This document shows, piece by piece, positions 20,677 to 29,553 of a stretch of DNA of 64,000 bases (the stretch's first letter is position 1; the number at the start of each line of letters is the position of its first letter). Made by a program: the position numbers and the translations under genes. A model generated the notes under the pieces. That model was not told the origin of the DNA and did not search any database. It saw only the letters and a list, made by a program, of their open reading frames with translations. Source of the DNA: a virus; IMG/VR virus record IMGVR_UViG_3300044811_000050; one strand, 5' to 3'.

Positions 20677-21588
20677 TTAGGCCCCGGCGAACGCCGCCCA
20701 GAGCCGCGTCACGGCCCGGCCCAGAACGGTAGCCACTACCCCCGGTCCGATGAACGCGCCGATCACCGAGAGCGCCGCGCAGACCCCGAGGGTCGGCGCG
20801 ATGATGACCTTCTCCACCCCGTGGTTGACCTTGAAACGCATCGGCTCCCAGAGCCCCATCCGGGGGTAGCGCCGGCCGGCCCAGGCCTTCGGGAACCACG
20901 GGATCTCCGCGCCGCCGACCGTGTTGCTGTCCGGCCAGCGGATCACCGGCGCCCACGGGCTCACCCCGAAGTCGGTGCACCCGTCCCCGCCGATGTGGCT
21001 GATCATGCCCAGCGCCATCGTCTCGGCGAGCAGCAGCGGTGCACCGTCGGTGCCCAGCAGCGGGTGCAGCGCCGGCCACATCCCGGGCCGCCAGGCACCG
21101 AGCGCGGCGAAGATCCCGAACCAGATGCACCCGGTGATCAGGGCGCACCACACCGAGTGGGCGAAGCCCCGGTGCACCCGGAAGCTGGGTCCAAACTTCC
21201 GGGTGGAGTCCCGCTTGTCCGCCGGGGTGGCCCACCGGTCATAGATGCACTCGGACAGCCGGCACATGAACCGGTGCACCTGCCAGCTCGGGAAGTAGTA
21301 GCGCTTGACCATCGGGCGGCCCTTGGTGTCCTTGAACGGGCCCCAGCCCTTGCCGGTCGGCTTGGACAGCCGGACCTCGCCGTCCTTGGTGCGCCGCGTC
21401 TCGATGCGGTACGGGATCCACTTGAGCATCTTGGTGATCGTCGCGCCCTCGTGGTCGATGTCGGGCCAGTCGCAGGTGTGCGCGCCCAGCGCACCCAGCG
21501 CCAGGCAGCCGATCGGGGGCACGCCCGAGGCCGCCGCCCACGTGGTCACCACCGCGAATCCGGACAGCTCGTGGTTGGGACCGAGCAC
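20677..21588 (-). CDS. membrane metal-dependent hydrolase (YdjM/DUF457-like)
   Basis: PDIDH, HRGFAHS, SHIGGDGCT.FG motifs with TM helices. Confidence 0.8.
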   Translation of the reverse strand: MLGPNHELSGFAVVTTWAAASGVPPIGCLALGALGAHTCDWPDIDHEGATITKMLKWIPYRIETRRTKDGEVRLSKPTGKGWGPFKDTKGRPMVKRYYFPSWQVHRFMCRLSECIYDRWATPADKRDSTRKFGPSFRVHRGFAHSVWCALITGCIWFGIFAALGAWRPGMWPALHPLLGTDGAPLLLAETMALGMISHIGGDGCTDFGVSPWAPVIRWPDSNTVGGAEIPWFPKAWAGRRYPRMGLWEPMRFKVNHGVEKVIIAPTLGVCAALSVIGAFIGPGVVATVLGRAVTRLWAAFAGA

Positions 21589-21622
21589 GGCTACCGCCCC
21601 CTTCCGGTCACAGCGAGTGACT

Positions 21623-21736
21623 CTGGCGCCAGCTGGCGCCGGTCATGCACCCCGGGCGAGGGTGTCTCCCTACGGGGTTTTGACGATCATGAAAATAGGC
21701 CCGCTGGCGCCAGTAAGTGGCGCCACCTGGCGCCAG
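21623..21736. repeat. five TGGCGCC(A) palindromes downstream of traB (candidate clt or operator)
   Basis: copies at 21623, 21633, 21704, 21717, 21727. Confidence 0.6.
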
Positions 21737-21754
21737 CGAGTCGATCACTCTGTG

Positions 21755-23974
21755 TTACCGGGGGCCGGAGCCCGGGGTGGCCTTCGCCGGCCGGGCGTAG
21801 AAGCCCGTGTCCGGCTTGATGACCTTGCCGTCGCGGATCTGGACCCGCAGCGCCTCGGAGTACCAGCTCGGGCTGCGCTTCAGCGTCTCCCGCATCTGGG
21901 CGATGGTGATGCCTCCGGGCGGGGCCGCGTCCAGCATCCTGTTGAGCAACCGGATGGCGTCCGCCGGGCTGATGCTCTGGTCGTCGAACAGGGCGTAGTA
22001 GGCGATGCGTTCCGCCTCCTGCTGCACGGCCTCGGCGTCGTTGCGCGGGGCAACGAGCTGATCGAGCTGACTGGGGTCCATAGATGCGGTGTCCTCTCTC
22101 CAAGGGGTGAACCCGGGTGCGGGTGCACCCGGGAACGGTTCATCGGAGTCCGCATGTGCACGCGGACTCAGGTCAGGCAGGTGCACCCGCTCGTGCACCG
22201 GTGCACCGTTCGTGCCGGGTGCACCGAATCCATTGCGGTGCACCGGGTGCCCGTTGATGGGTGCACCGGCGGGATCGGGTGCACTCGGGTGCATCGGCGG
22301 TGCAGGCTCGGTCTCCACCCGCTCACCGGTGATGTCATCGGCGTTGTCGCCCACCCATTCGTCCGGCGGGATGGCGTCGCTCACCGTCCAGATCCGCCGC
22401 TCGCGGTAGTAGCACTCGCCGGTCTCCGCATCCACCGAGCCGGCGATGGCCGCCCGCACCGAGATCTGATCCAGCGTGGAGCCGTTCGGCCGCTTCGTCG
22501 GGTCGGAGCCGACCTCCAGCACCAACCGGTAGACGTCGGACGGGGTGACGTAGCGGACCCGCCCGGACAGCTCGGAGATCAGCCCGCCCTCGGAGGCGTA
22601 GAACGTGCCGACGAACTGCTTGCCGATCGGGATGGAGGTGGCATCGAAGATGTCGGTGCTCTTGGGGATGACCGCCCGCTGGGCCGCCGCGTCCTCGACG
22701 CTGAAGCAGAACCGGCGTCGTACGTTCTTCATCAACTGGGTGCTCCCGAGCGCTTCCATGGTCGGGTACTGGGTGGCCAGCAGGAACACCACGCCGGTCG
22801 CCCGGCCCATCCGGGCCACGCTGGAGGCCAGCTCGTTGATGTCGAACTGACTCAGCCCGAACACCTCGGCCGCCTCGTCCACGAACAGCACCAAGATCGG
22901 GTGCAGCGCGTCGGGCTTCCACACGTCCCAACCGCGCTCGGCGGAGTACTTGGATCGCGCCTTCAGGACATCGTGGATCGCCTGCATCATGAAGACCGAC
23001 TGATCCACGTCGTCGATCATCCAGTCGAACAGCGACGCCCACGGGCGCAGCGCCATGCCACCCTTCGCGTCGATGCCCCAGCGGACCATGTCCGGGCAGC
23101 GCGCGCTCTCGGCCAGCACCAGGTGGTACAGGCCGCTCTTCCCCGAGCCGGGTGACCCGGCGGCCAAGGTGTGCATGCCACCGAAGCCACGCTCGAACCA
23201 GCACACCTCGTGGCGGCTGCCGTCCTCCTTCAGCCCGACGAACATCATGTCGGTGAAGGAGTTCATGGTCGGCTGGTCGAACGAGACGACCTGTTCCAAG
23301 ATCGGGCTCTTGGTGTTCTCGGTGACCCAGCACGCGTTGGGGTCACTCATCCCCGGGCCGGCCGGGATCTCCTCGAACCGGATCCGCATCGGCGGGATGT
23401 CCAGCGCGCTTTCCAGCCCCCGGGCGGCGGCCTTGAACTGCGCCAGGGTGAAATCGCCCTTGGACCACCAGAACCGCCACCGCCGGCCGGTGTCGGTCTT
23501 CTTCTCCGGGCCCCGGCGGACCTGCGGCATGTGCAGCTTCTCGGCCAGGATCGGCCACCGCTCCATGTCCCTTTCGATCTTTACCCGGTGCCGGTTGTAC
23601 TCGTCGAACCACCACAGTCCACCGAGGACGGCCAGACACACGCCCAGCGCGGAGAACACCCAGACCAGGGGGATCACCTGCATGCGCACCATCAGGACGA
23701 AGGCGCCCCAGGTGGCCAGCACGCCCCACATGAAGTTGCACATCCCCCGGTCGCGCTTGGGGTTCCACTTCGCGTAGATGGTCAGACCACCGACCCCGCA
23801 GAACGCCAGCACCGCCAGGAAGACCTGCTGGGGGGTGCCCAGAAAGCTGCACCCGGCGCAAATGCAGGCAAACAAGGTCGCGTAGATGGGCGTCATGCCC
23901 ACCCGGCGACGCCACCACCAGGGTGCTTGAGGCACCCCGGTGGCGGCAGCCGGTGTTGACGTTCTGCGGTTCAT
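21755..23974 (-). CDS. traB: FtsK/SpoIIIE-family conjugative DNA translocase (TraB-like)
   Basis: N-terminal TM helices, Walker A GSPGSGKS, Walker B LFVDEAAE, ATQYP, Pro-rich linker, C-terminal wHTH-like domain. Confidence 0.85.
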   Translation of the reverse strand: MNRRTSTPAAATGVPQAPWWWRRRVGMTPIYATLFACICAGCSFLGTPQQVFLAVLAFCGVGGLTIYAKWNPKRDRGMCNFMWGVLATWGAFVLMVRMQVIPLVWVFSALGVCLAVLGGLWWFDEYNRHRVKIERDMERWPILAEKLHMPQVRRGPEKKTDTGRRWRFWWSKGDFTLAQFKAAARGLESALDIPPMRIRFEEIPAGPGMSDPNACWVTENTKSPILEQVVSFDQPTMNSFTDMMFVGLKEDGSRHEVCWFERGFGGMHTLAAGSPGSGKSGLYHLVLAESARCPDMVRWGIDAKGGMALRPWASLFDWMIDDVDQSVFMMQAIHDVLKARSKYSAERGWDVWKPDALHPILVLFVDEAAEVFGLSQFDINELASSVARMGRATGVVFLLATQYPTMEALGSTQLMKNVRRRFCFSVEDAAAQRAVIPKSTDIFDATSIPIGKQFVGTFYASEGGLISELSGRVRYVTPSDVYRLVLEVGSDPTKRPNGSTLDQISVRAAIAGSVDAETGECYYRERRIWTVSDAIPPDEWVGDNADDITGERVETEPAPPMHPSAPDPAGAPINGHPVHRNGFGAPGTNGAPVHERVHLPDLSPRAHADSDEPFPGAPAPGFTPWREDTASMDPSQLDQLVAPRNDAEAVQQEAERIAYYALFDDQSISPADAIRLLNRMLDAAPPGGITIAQMRETLKRSPSWYSEALRVQIRDGKVIKPDTGFYARPAKATPGSGPR
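22121..22305. repeat. cluster of GTGCAC/GGTGCACC palindromes inside the traB linker
   Basis: 9 exact GTGCAC in 22123-22284 plus variants, in two reading frames. Confidence 0.8.
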
Positions 23975-23978
23975 GGGC

Positions 23979-24836
23979 CTAGGCCGTCCCTACGTCCGTC
24001 CAGATCTTCTCGTCCGGCTTGTACTGCTCGTTCTGCTGGTACGCGATGCGGTCCGCGTAGATCGTCTTGAAGGCGGTCATCGCGGCGGTGAACTGGTGCG
24101 CGAGGCTGGCCATCTCATCGGCGGCTTGGTTGATGGGCGCGGCCACCGCCGGGTTGATCCGCCGGCTCACCAGCTGGTTGGCGAACTCGTGGATGGCCGA
24201 CGCGCCGGAGTTCATCGCCGACTCCATCCCGTTCAGGTGCTGCTCCAGATCGGCCACCGTCTCGGGCGTGTGCGATGCCCAGCCGCCGATGGAGCTGGCT
24301 ACAGCTGCTCCCGAACCCCCTCCGCCCCTTCCGTTCCCTCGTGCTCCTGCCATTGGTTTCCCCTTCCGTTGGTGCTGACCGCCGGCTTGGCCGGTGGGCT
24401 TCGGGCCCGGCATGGGTGCCGGGCTGCCGTTCGTGGGGGCCGGTGAAGGCCCCGGGTTGGGTCGGTTGGGCTGGTTGGCCGGTCGGCCCGCCGGGGCGGT
24501 GCCCTTCTGCTGGGCGTGCCGGAAGTTGTGCTCTTCGGCGCGCCGGTAGAGCACGTCGCGCCCGCACTCCTTGCAGATGTAGGAACCGCCGAGGTTGTCG
24601 GTGAACCGCCGGGTCTGGGTGCGGGCCCAGCGCCAGGCCGTCTTGGTCCGGTGCTTCATCCGCCGGACCCGTCGCACCCCGTTGCGGGTCAGCGCGAACC
24701 AGCGCTTGGTGGTGCCCCAGATCTTCTTGGACTTCCCCGGCACCTTGACCGGCTTGCGTTTGGCCGTCGTCCGCGCCGTCTGATCACTCGGCGACGGTGG
24801 CTTGCGCGCCGCCGGCCTCGGTTGTGCCGTCTTCAT
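23979..24836 (-). CDS. plasmid transfer accessory protein (TraA-like), with possible in-frame internal start at 24353
   Basis: position directly upstream of traB; basic N-terminus, CxxC..H..H finger, helical C-terminal domain with its own SD. Confidence 0.5.
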   Translation of the reverse strand: MKTAQPRPAARKPPSPSDQTARTTAKRKPVKVPGKSKKIWGTTKRWFALTRNGVRRVRRMKHRTKTAWRWARTQTRRFTDNLGGSYICKECGRDVLYRRAEEHNFRHAQQKGTAPAGRPANQPNRPNPGPSPAPTNGSPAPMPGPKPTGQAGGQHQRKGKPMAGARGNGRGGGGSGAAVASSIGGWASHTPETVADLEQHLNGMESAMNSGASAIHEFANQLVSRRINPAVAAPINQAADEMASLAHQFTAAMTAFKTIYADRIAYQQNEQYKPDEKIWTDVGTA

Positions 24837-25707
24837 GTGCCCCCTCTCGCTCGCTCAGGTACCGCGTCCGGAATCCATCCATCCGGCCGGACACCTTGCT
24901 GGTCCCCGGGCGAACCTTCGCCCGGTCATCCACCGCCTTGGGCGCGATGTCGAAGATCGAGCCCCCTGCGGCCAACGTTTCATCGGCCAGCTCCCGAAAC
25001 GCCCGCTCGGCGCGCTCCTTGAGGGACCTGGGCGCGTCCAGGTCGTCCGGGGCGGCTTCGCCCACCGGAACGGGCCCTGGTGCCTCCACGGCCTGCTGAG
25101 CGGCCTTCCTGGGCCGTTCCTGGGTCATCGGCTTGCCCTTGGTCTGCCCACCGAGCCCGTCCACCACGAGGGTCAGCACGGTGCGCTGTTGCACCAGCGC
25201 CTCGGCGGCCAGGAACACCAACGCCACCGGGATCGAATGCTTGAAGATCTCGTCGGGCGCCTTGCTGGTCCAGGCCACCCAGGTGTTCATCACGTAAGTG
25301 ATCAATAGAGCGGTCCATCGGGTGAACCGCACCCAGCCGCCGGCCTTCTCGCCGTAGCGGTTGGCGATCTGCTCACCGCGCAGCAGCACCAACATCAGGC
25401 CCATCACCATCGGTTCGACCAGCCAGGCGGTGATCCAAGTCAGGCTCCAGGCCGGCGCCGTACCGGCTACAAAGGACTGGACGTTAACGATCGTGAACGC
25501 CAGCCCGCAGGACAGGAAGGTCCAGCCCCACCGGTCCAGCACGTCGCGGGTGCGCTCGATGCCCAGCGCGGCCACGTTCGGGTCAGAGCGGTACGCGCGC
25601 AGTCGGGCCGCCGACTGGGCGTCGGTGACCAACCGCAGCGCGGCCACGTCCAGCTCGGCCGCCGGCTTGGCGGCCCACCTCTTCAGCGTCCCCGACCAGC
25701 TCTTCAC
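24784..25707 (-). CDS. SpdB/DUF2637-like multi-pass membrane spread protein
   Basis: four TM segments followed by a low-complexity linker and helical C-terminus; in tra operon. Confidence 0.55.
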   Translation of the reverse strand: MKSWSGTLKRWAAKPAAELDVAALRLVTDAQSAARLRAYRSDPNVAALGIERTRDVLDRWGWTFLSCGLAFTIVNVQSFVAGTAPAWSLTWITAWLVEPMVMGLMLVLLRGEQIANRYGEKAGGWVRFTRWTALLITYVMNTWVAWTSKAPDEIFKHSIPVALVFLAAEALVQQRTVLTLVVDGLGGQTKGKPMTQERPRKAAQQAVEAPGPVPVGEAAPDDLDAPRSLKERAERAFRELADETLAAGGSIFDIAPKAVDDRAKVRPGTSKVSGRMDGFRTRYLSEREGAHEDGTTEAGGAQATVAE

Positions 25708-26000
25708 GTCGTGCCCTCTCGTCGATGCCAGGCCGCCCATCGGCTCTGGAGGGTGGCGTCAGAGATCCCCGCCCCGTCCGCGATCTCCGCCCATGAGTGG
25801 GTGGTGCGGACCCAGGCCAGTCCGGCGTCCCGACACCACAGGGACAGCTCCGCGATCTCGGCCAGCTCTCGGACAACGATCACGTCCGAGGGGGTTTTCG
25901 CAGCTAGCGCGGCCTGGATCTGGCCGCGTAGGTTAGTGAGCGCGTCGAGGGCCGGCCGGACATTCGGTTGGTCTACCAATTTTCGGCCCCTCCCCGCCAT
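25704..26000 (-). CDS. small HTH regulator heading the tra operon
   Basis: SWAEIADGAGISDATLQSRW. Confidence 0.65.
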   Translation of the reverse strand: MAGRGRKLVDQPNVRPALDALTNLRGQIQAALAAKTPSDVIVVRELAEIAELSLWCRDAGLAWVRTTHSWAEIADGAGISDATLQSRWAAWHRREGTT

Positions 26001-26011
26001 TTCCGATAGTT

Positions 26012-26045
26012 CGGTACAGTTAAACTGATCATACCGGATTGTCAA
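26012..26045 (-). promoter_or_regulatory. tra-operon promoter/operator region
   Basis: TTGACA on the minus strand at 26045-26040; imperfect palindrome CGGTA-CAGTTAAACTG-ATCA-TACCG. Confidence 0.5.
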
Positions 26046-26067
26046 CCGCCACAGAGAGGAGGAGGCG

Positions 26068-27779
26068 ATGGACCACAGAGACAAGGCTGCCTGGGATCAC
26101 GTTTCGAGACTCGTTCTGCGCACCCTGCGACCCTTCGCTGACTTCTTCGCCATGTTTGTTTCCTGCGTGGCCGGCGGGGGGTTACTGACCGTGTGGGTCA
26201 TGGTGGACGCCCATCACCTTGTGTGGCAGGTCGCCGCGATACTCTCGCTGCCCTGCTTCTTCTTCGCGTGGCTCTCCGAGGCGCTCCGCCGGAGGTACCT
26301 GCGCCTAATCCAGATCGCCCCCTATCCGCGTAGCCGGGAGCCGGTCTGAGGTTGAACGCTCCGCTCGGCTGTGCCACCGTTAGTTCCGGGTCCAGGGTCA
26401 GCGCCCTCCAGTCTTGTGCCGCCGCCGGTTCTTCCCCCCTCAAGGTCGGTGCGGCATAAGAGCCCATCGCCTCGTCGCGGTCGTCAGGGTCGGAGCCTTC
26501 CGACCGCGACGAGGCCCCTTCTTGGAAGGACCCCGCCGATGACCTCCCCGAACTCGGCCGCCGCCAGCGTCGCCGCGTTGATCTCCAACTACTGCGGCCG
26601 TGATCCTGGCTCCGGTCAACTGCGTGCCTGTGCCCACGACCATTCCGGCGACGGCCAGGCGCTCACCGACTCGATTCGCCGCGAGCTGCTGATCGAGCTG
26701 CAAGAGGGCCTCAACCCGGGCACCGGGGACGACATCATCATCGCCGAGCGAGTCCGCGACGAGCTGGCCAAGCTGCCAGCCCCCGAGGTGTCGGCCCGGT
26801 GACTCAGCAGCCAGATCGCCACGACCCCTACCGGTCCTGCCAGCTCGATGTGGAGGGCCCGGACGCCGGCAAGCTGACCGAGCAGGCCATCCGGCAGGCG
26901 GCGGTGTTCCTGGTGGAGTCCGAGGCCGACCTCTACGCCGCGCACGTCGGCATGGCCCACCCGGTGGCCCGCAGCAAGTACCGCCCGCACCTGGGTGTGG
27001 AAGGGGCGATCACTCGGTGGCGGGCGACGATCACGGTCCGGCTGCTGCCGCACATCGTGGAGGAGCGCCGCAAGACCGCCAAGCGGGACAAGCCGCCCGA
27101 CAAGACGCGGAGCCGGGGACTGCACGTGGTGCCCTTCGACGCGTCATAGCCCCAACTCGTGATTGATCAATTTCGCATCCCACCGGGTGGTCTCCTCGTT
27201 TGACAGGCCATGATCGGACTGCCCGAGTCGGCCTGGACCGTTGCCGACGAGACCTTCGACTACCTGGCCAGCGACTCGACCGACGGCGATGAGCTGTATC
27301 AGGCCCTGCTCGCGGCGATGCCGCACATCCGCGCCGATGAGCTGGCCGACGCCCTGGCGGAGCTGACCCGTTGTCGGGCCCGCGTGGGCAGGTGCCTGCG
27401 CGGCGGATACGACCTGGCCATCCGGATCCTCGTCACCCGAAAGAGTGCCCTGGAAAACTCCGCGCGTCCTCCTTCTTGATCACTCGTTGACCATCGCATG
27501 AGCATCCAGGGCTGCGCCTGGCCATGCTGTCCCGCTCGATTCCCCCGGTCGAGCGGTCCCACCACCTTCGGCTGGCGGCTCTTCACCTACGGCGACGGGG
27601 CGGTGGTCGCGTTGTGCCCGTTCCACTCCCCCAACGGCCACTCACCGTTGATCATCAGCACGAACGGCAGGGACCGGCCGACGCGGATGGGGTGTTCCTG
27701 CAAAGACTGGGTCAGCGACCCCATCGAGAGCTTCATCGGCGGTATCCGGGAATGGCAGACCCACGTCGGGGATAGATAG
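26068..27779 (+). CDS. five hypothetical genes (26068-26349 membrane, 26539-26802, 26799-27149, 27210-27479, 27498-27779)
   Basis: SD-led ORFs resuming + strand transcription. Confidence 0.55.
26469..26515. terminator. perfect 15-bp intergenic hairpin
   Basis: GCCTCGTCGCGGTCG/CGACCGCGACGAGGC. Confidence 0.5.
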
Positions 27780-28041
27780 CCGTTTCAAACGGTGTTTGAT
27801 CTTTGGTGGCATCATCTGATCTAATCCCCCGATCTTGACAAAGATCTTCGGAGGAGGTCTTCGGTGCGCTTCGCTCCCCAGCCCCGCACGAAAAAGCCAC
27901 CTTATGTACCATATTCGGTGTGCTGAATGTGGGCACGTCGGTCCGTATAATATCATTCTGTTGACCGAGGACTACCTTGTTCTCGGTTGCCCTCATTGTG
28001 AACACGAAACAACGCTCCCCGTAGGAATGGATGGAGATTAA

Positions 28042-28248
28042 ATGGGCAACAATGACCTGATCGGTAAATGGGAGCGGGTTCTGGGGGATGAGCGGGTTCA
28101 GCTCAGCGAGCGGCTGGCTGCCCTGTACCAGGATGAACACCTGTCGATCCGTCAGATCGCGGAACGCACCGGGCGTTCCTACGGCGCCGTGTACCAGCTG
28201 CTCACCGAAGCCGAGGTGACTTTCCGGCCCCGAGGTCGAGTTGGATGA
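28042..28248 (+). CDS. helix-turn-helix DNA-binding protein
   Basis: LY....LSIRQIAERTGRSYGAVYQLLTEAEVTFRPRG, a typical actinobacterial HTH. Confidence 0.8.
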   Translation: MGNNDLIGKWERVLGDERVQLSERLAALYQDEHLSIRQIAERTGRSYGAVYQLLTEAEVTFRPRGRVG

Positions 28249-28326
28249 CCGCATTCCCTGGGTGGTCATCGGTTGAGGCGGTATGGTGGGCTCCTCCGAC
28301 ATTTGATCATTGAGGGGTCCCACACC

Positions 28327-29470
28327 ATGAACAATCCCGAACCTGAGGGTGCCGAGCCTTCAACCGACATTCTGGAGCCGGATAGCGCGGCGGCCCTCGC
28401 CGACATGCGCAGGCTGGCTGGTCAGCAGCCCGAGCTGCCCTCCACCGAGCAGATGCTGGACGAGATCCAGGCCGGCATCGACGCCCAGTACGGGCCGCTG
28501 ACCACCCCCGTCGTGGATTACGACCGCTACGAGCTGGCTACCTGGCGCGAGATCAGGGAGCGCATCGAGCGGGACAAGAACGCCATCCCCGCCGCGCCTC
28601 CCGCGACGACACCCTCTAAGAGGCCGCCACCGCGCAGGGCACCGCGCCGTACGACCGTCTCGAAGGAGGGCTGATGGGCTACCAGAGCCGGTTCGGCATC
28701 GACCCGAAGAGCCTGACCAACACCGAGCCGCCGATGGCGCCCAAGTGCAACCCCTGCACCGAGGGCGACCACGGCCGGTGCGCCACGGTGCTCGGCCCGG
28801 AGCACGGCGACGTCATCGACACCGACTACCGATGCCCCTGCTACTACGCCGACGAGGAGACGCACCAGGGCGACTTCGACGAGCGACAAGAGCGCAAGTA
28901 CGAGCGGGACGACTGGTCCCCGGAGTGGGACTGATGACCTACCAGGCCCCGCACCCCGAGCTGGCCGGGGTGAAGTGCGAGATCTCCGGCAACGAGAATC
29001 ATCCGGAATGCACCGGCTGGTCAGAGGCCCACGGCGACTACGTGGACTGGCCGAATCCCAGCCACGTGCCCACCAAGAAAACCACCAACGGCAAGGCCCA
29101 GATCAAAGAAATGGCCGGCCGGGTGGCCCCGGCGCCCCGCGTTGCCGAGCTGGAGGGCTTTCCCGCAGGTGAAGCCGGCAGTCAACGCGCCGCGACACGG
29201 TGGACCGACGAGCAGAAGGCCCTGGTGGACGCGGCGATTCTGTCCGTGGCTCAAGACCACCGGGGCGGTGGAGAGTTCACCTCCGATGCCATCTGGGACA
29301 AGCTGAATGGCGCGGTGCCGGTGACCAAGGGCCTGACCTCCCGGCTGATGGTCGCTTCCCGCGCCGGGATCCTCGACACCACGGGCAAGACGGTCATCTC
29401 CGATCGTGGTGGTCACCACGACCACGGCCAGCGGCTGAGCGTTTGGTACTCGCTGATCCTCAAGGCCTGA
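28327..29470 (+). CDS. three hypothetical genes (28327-28674, 28674-28934, 28934-29470)
   Basis: TGATG-coupled ORFs. Confidence 0.65.
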
Positions 29471-29488
29471 CCGCGCGGGCCTAAACGG

Positions 29489-29530
29489 TCCTGTCCCTAG
29501 AGAACCCTCCCCGACAGAAGTAGTGAAAGG
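29489..29530 (+). promoter_or_regulatory. late promoter motif
   Basis: TCCTGTC-N22-AAGTAGTGAAAGG at the start of the structural region. Confidence 0.65.
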
Positions 29531-29553
29531 CTGTCGGAGGAGGAGAACGCGTC

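Noticed and set aside
20677-26045. Complete integrated AICE/plasmid
   Set aside because: No integrase, excisionase or replication initiator, and no flanking direct repeats were found by eye.
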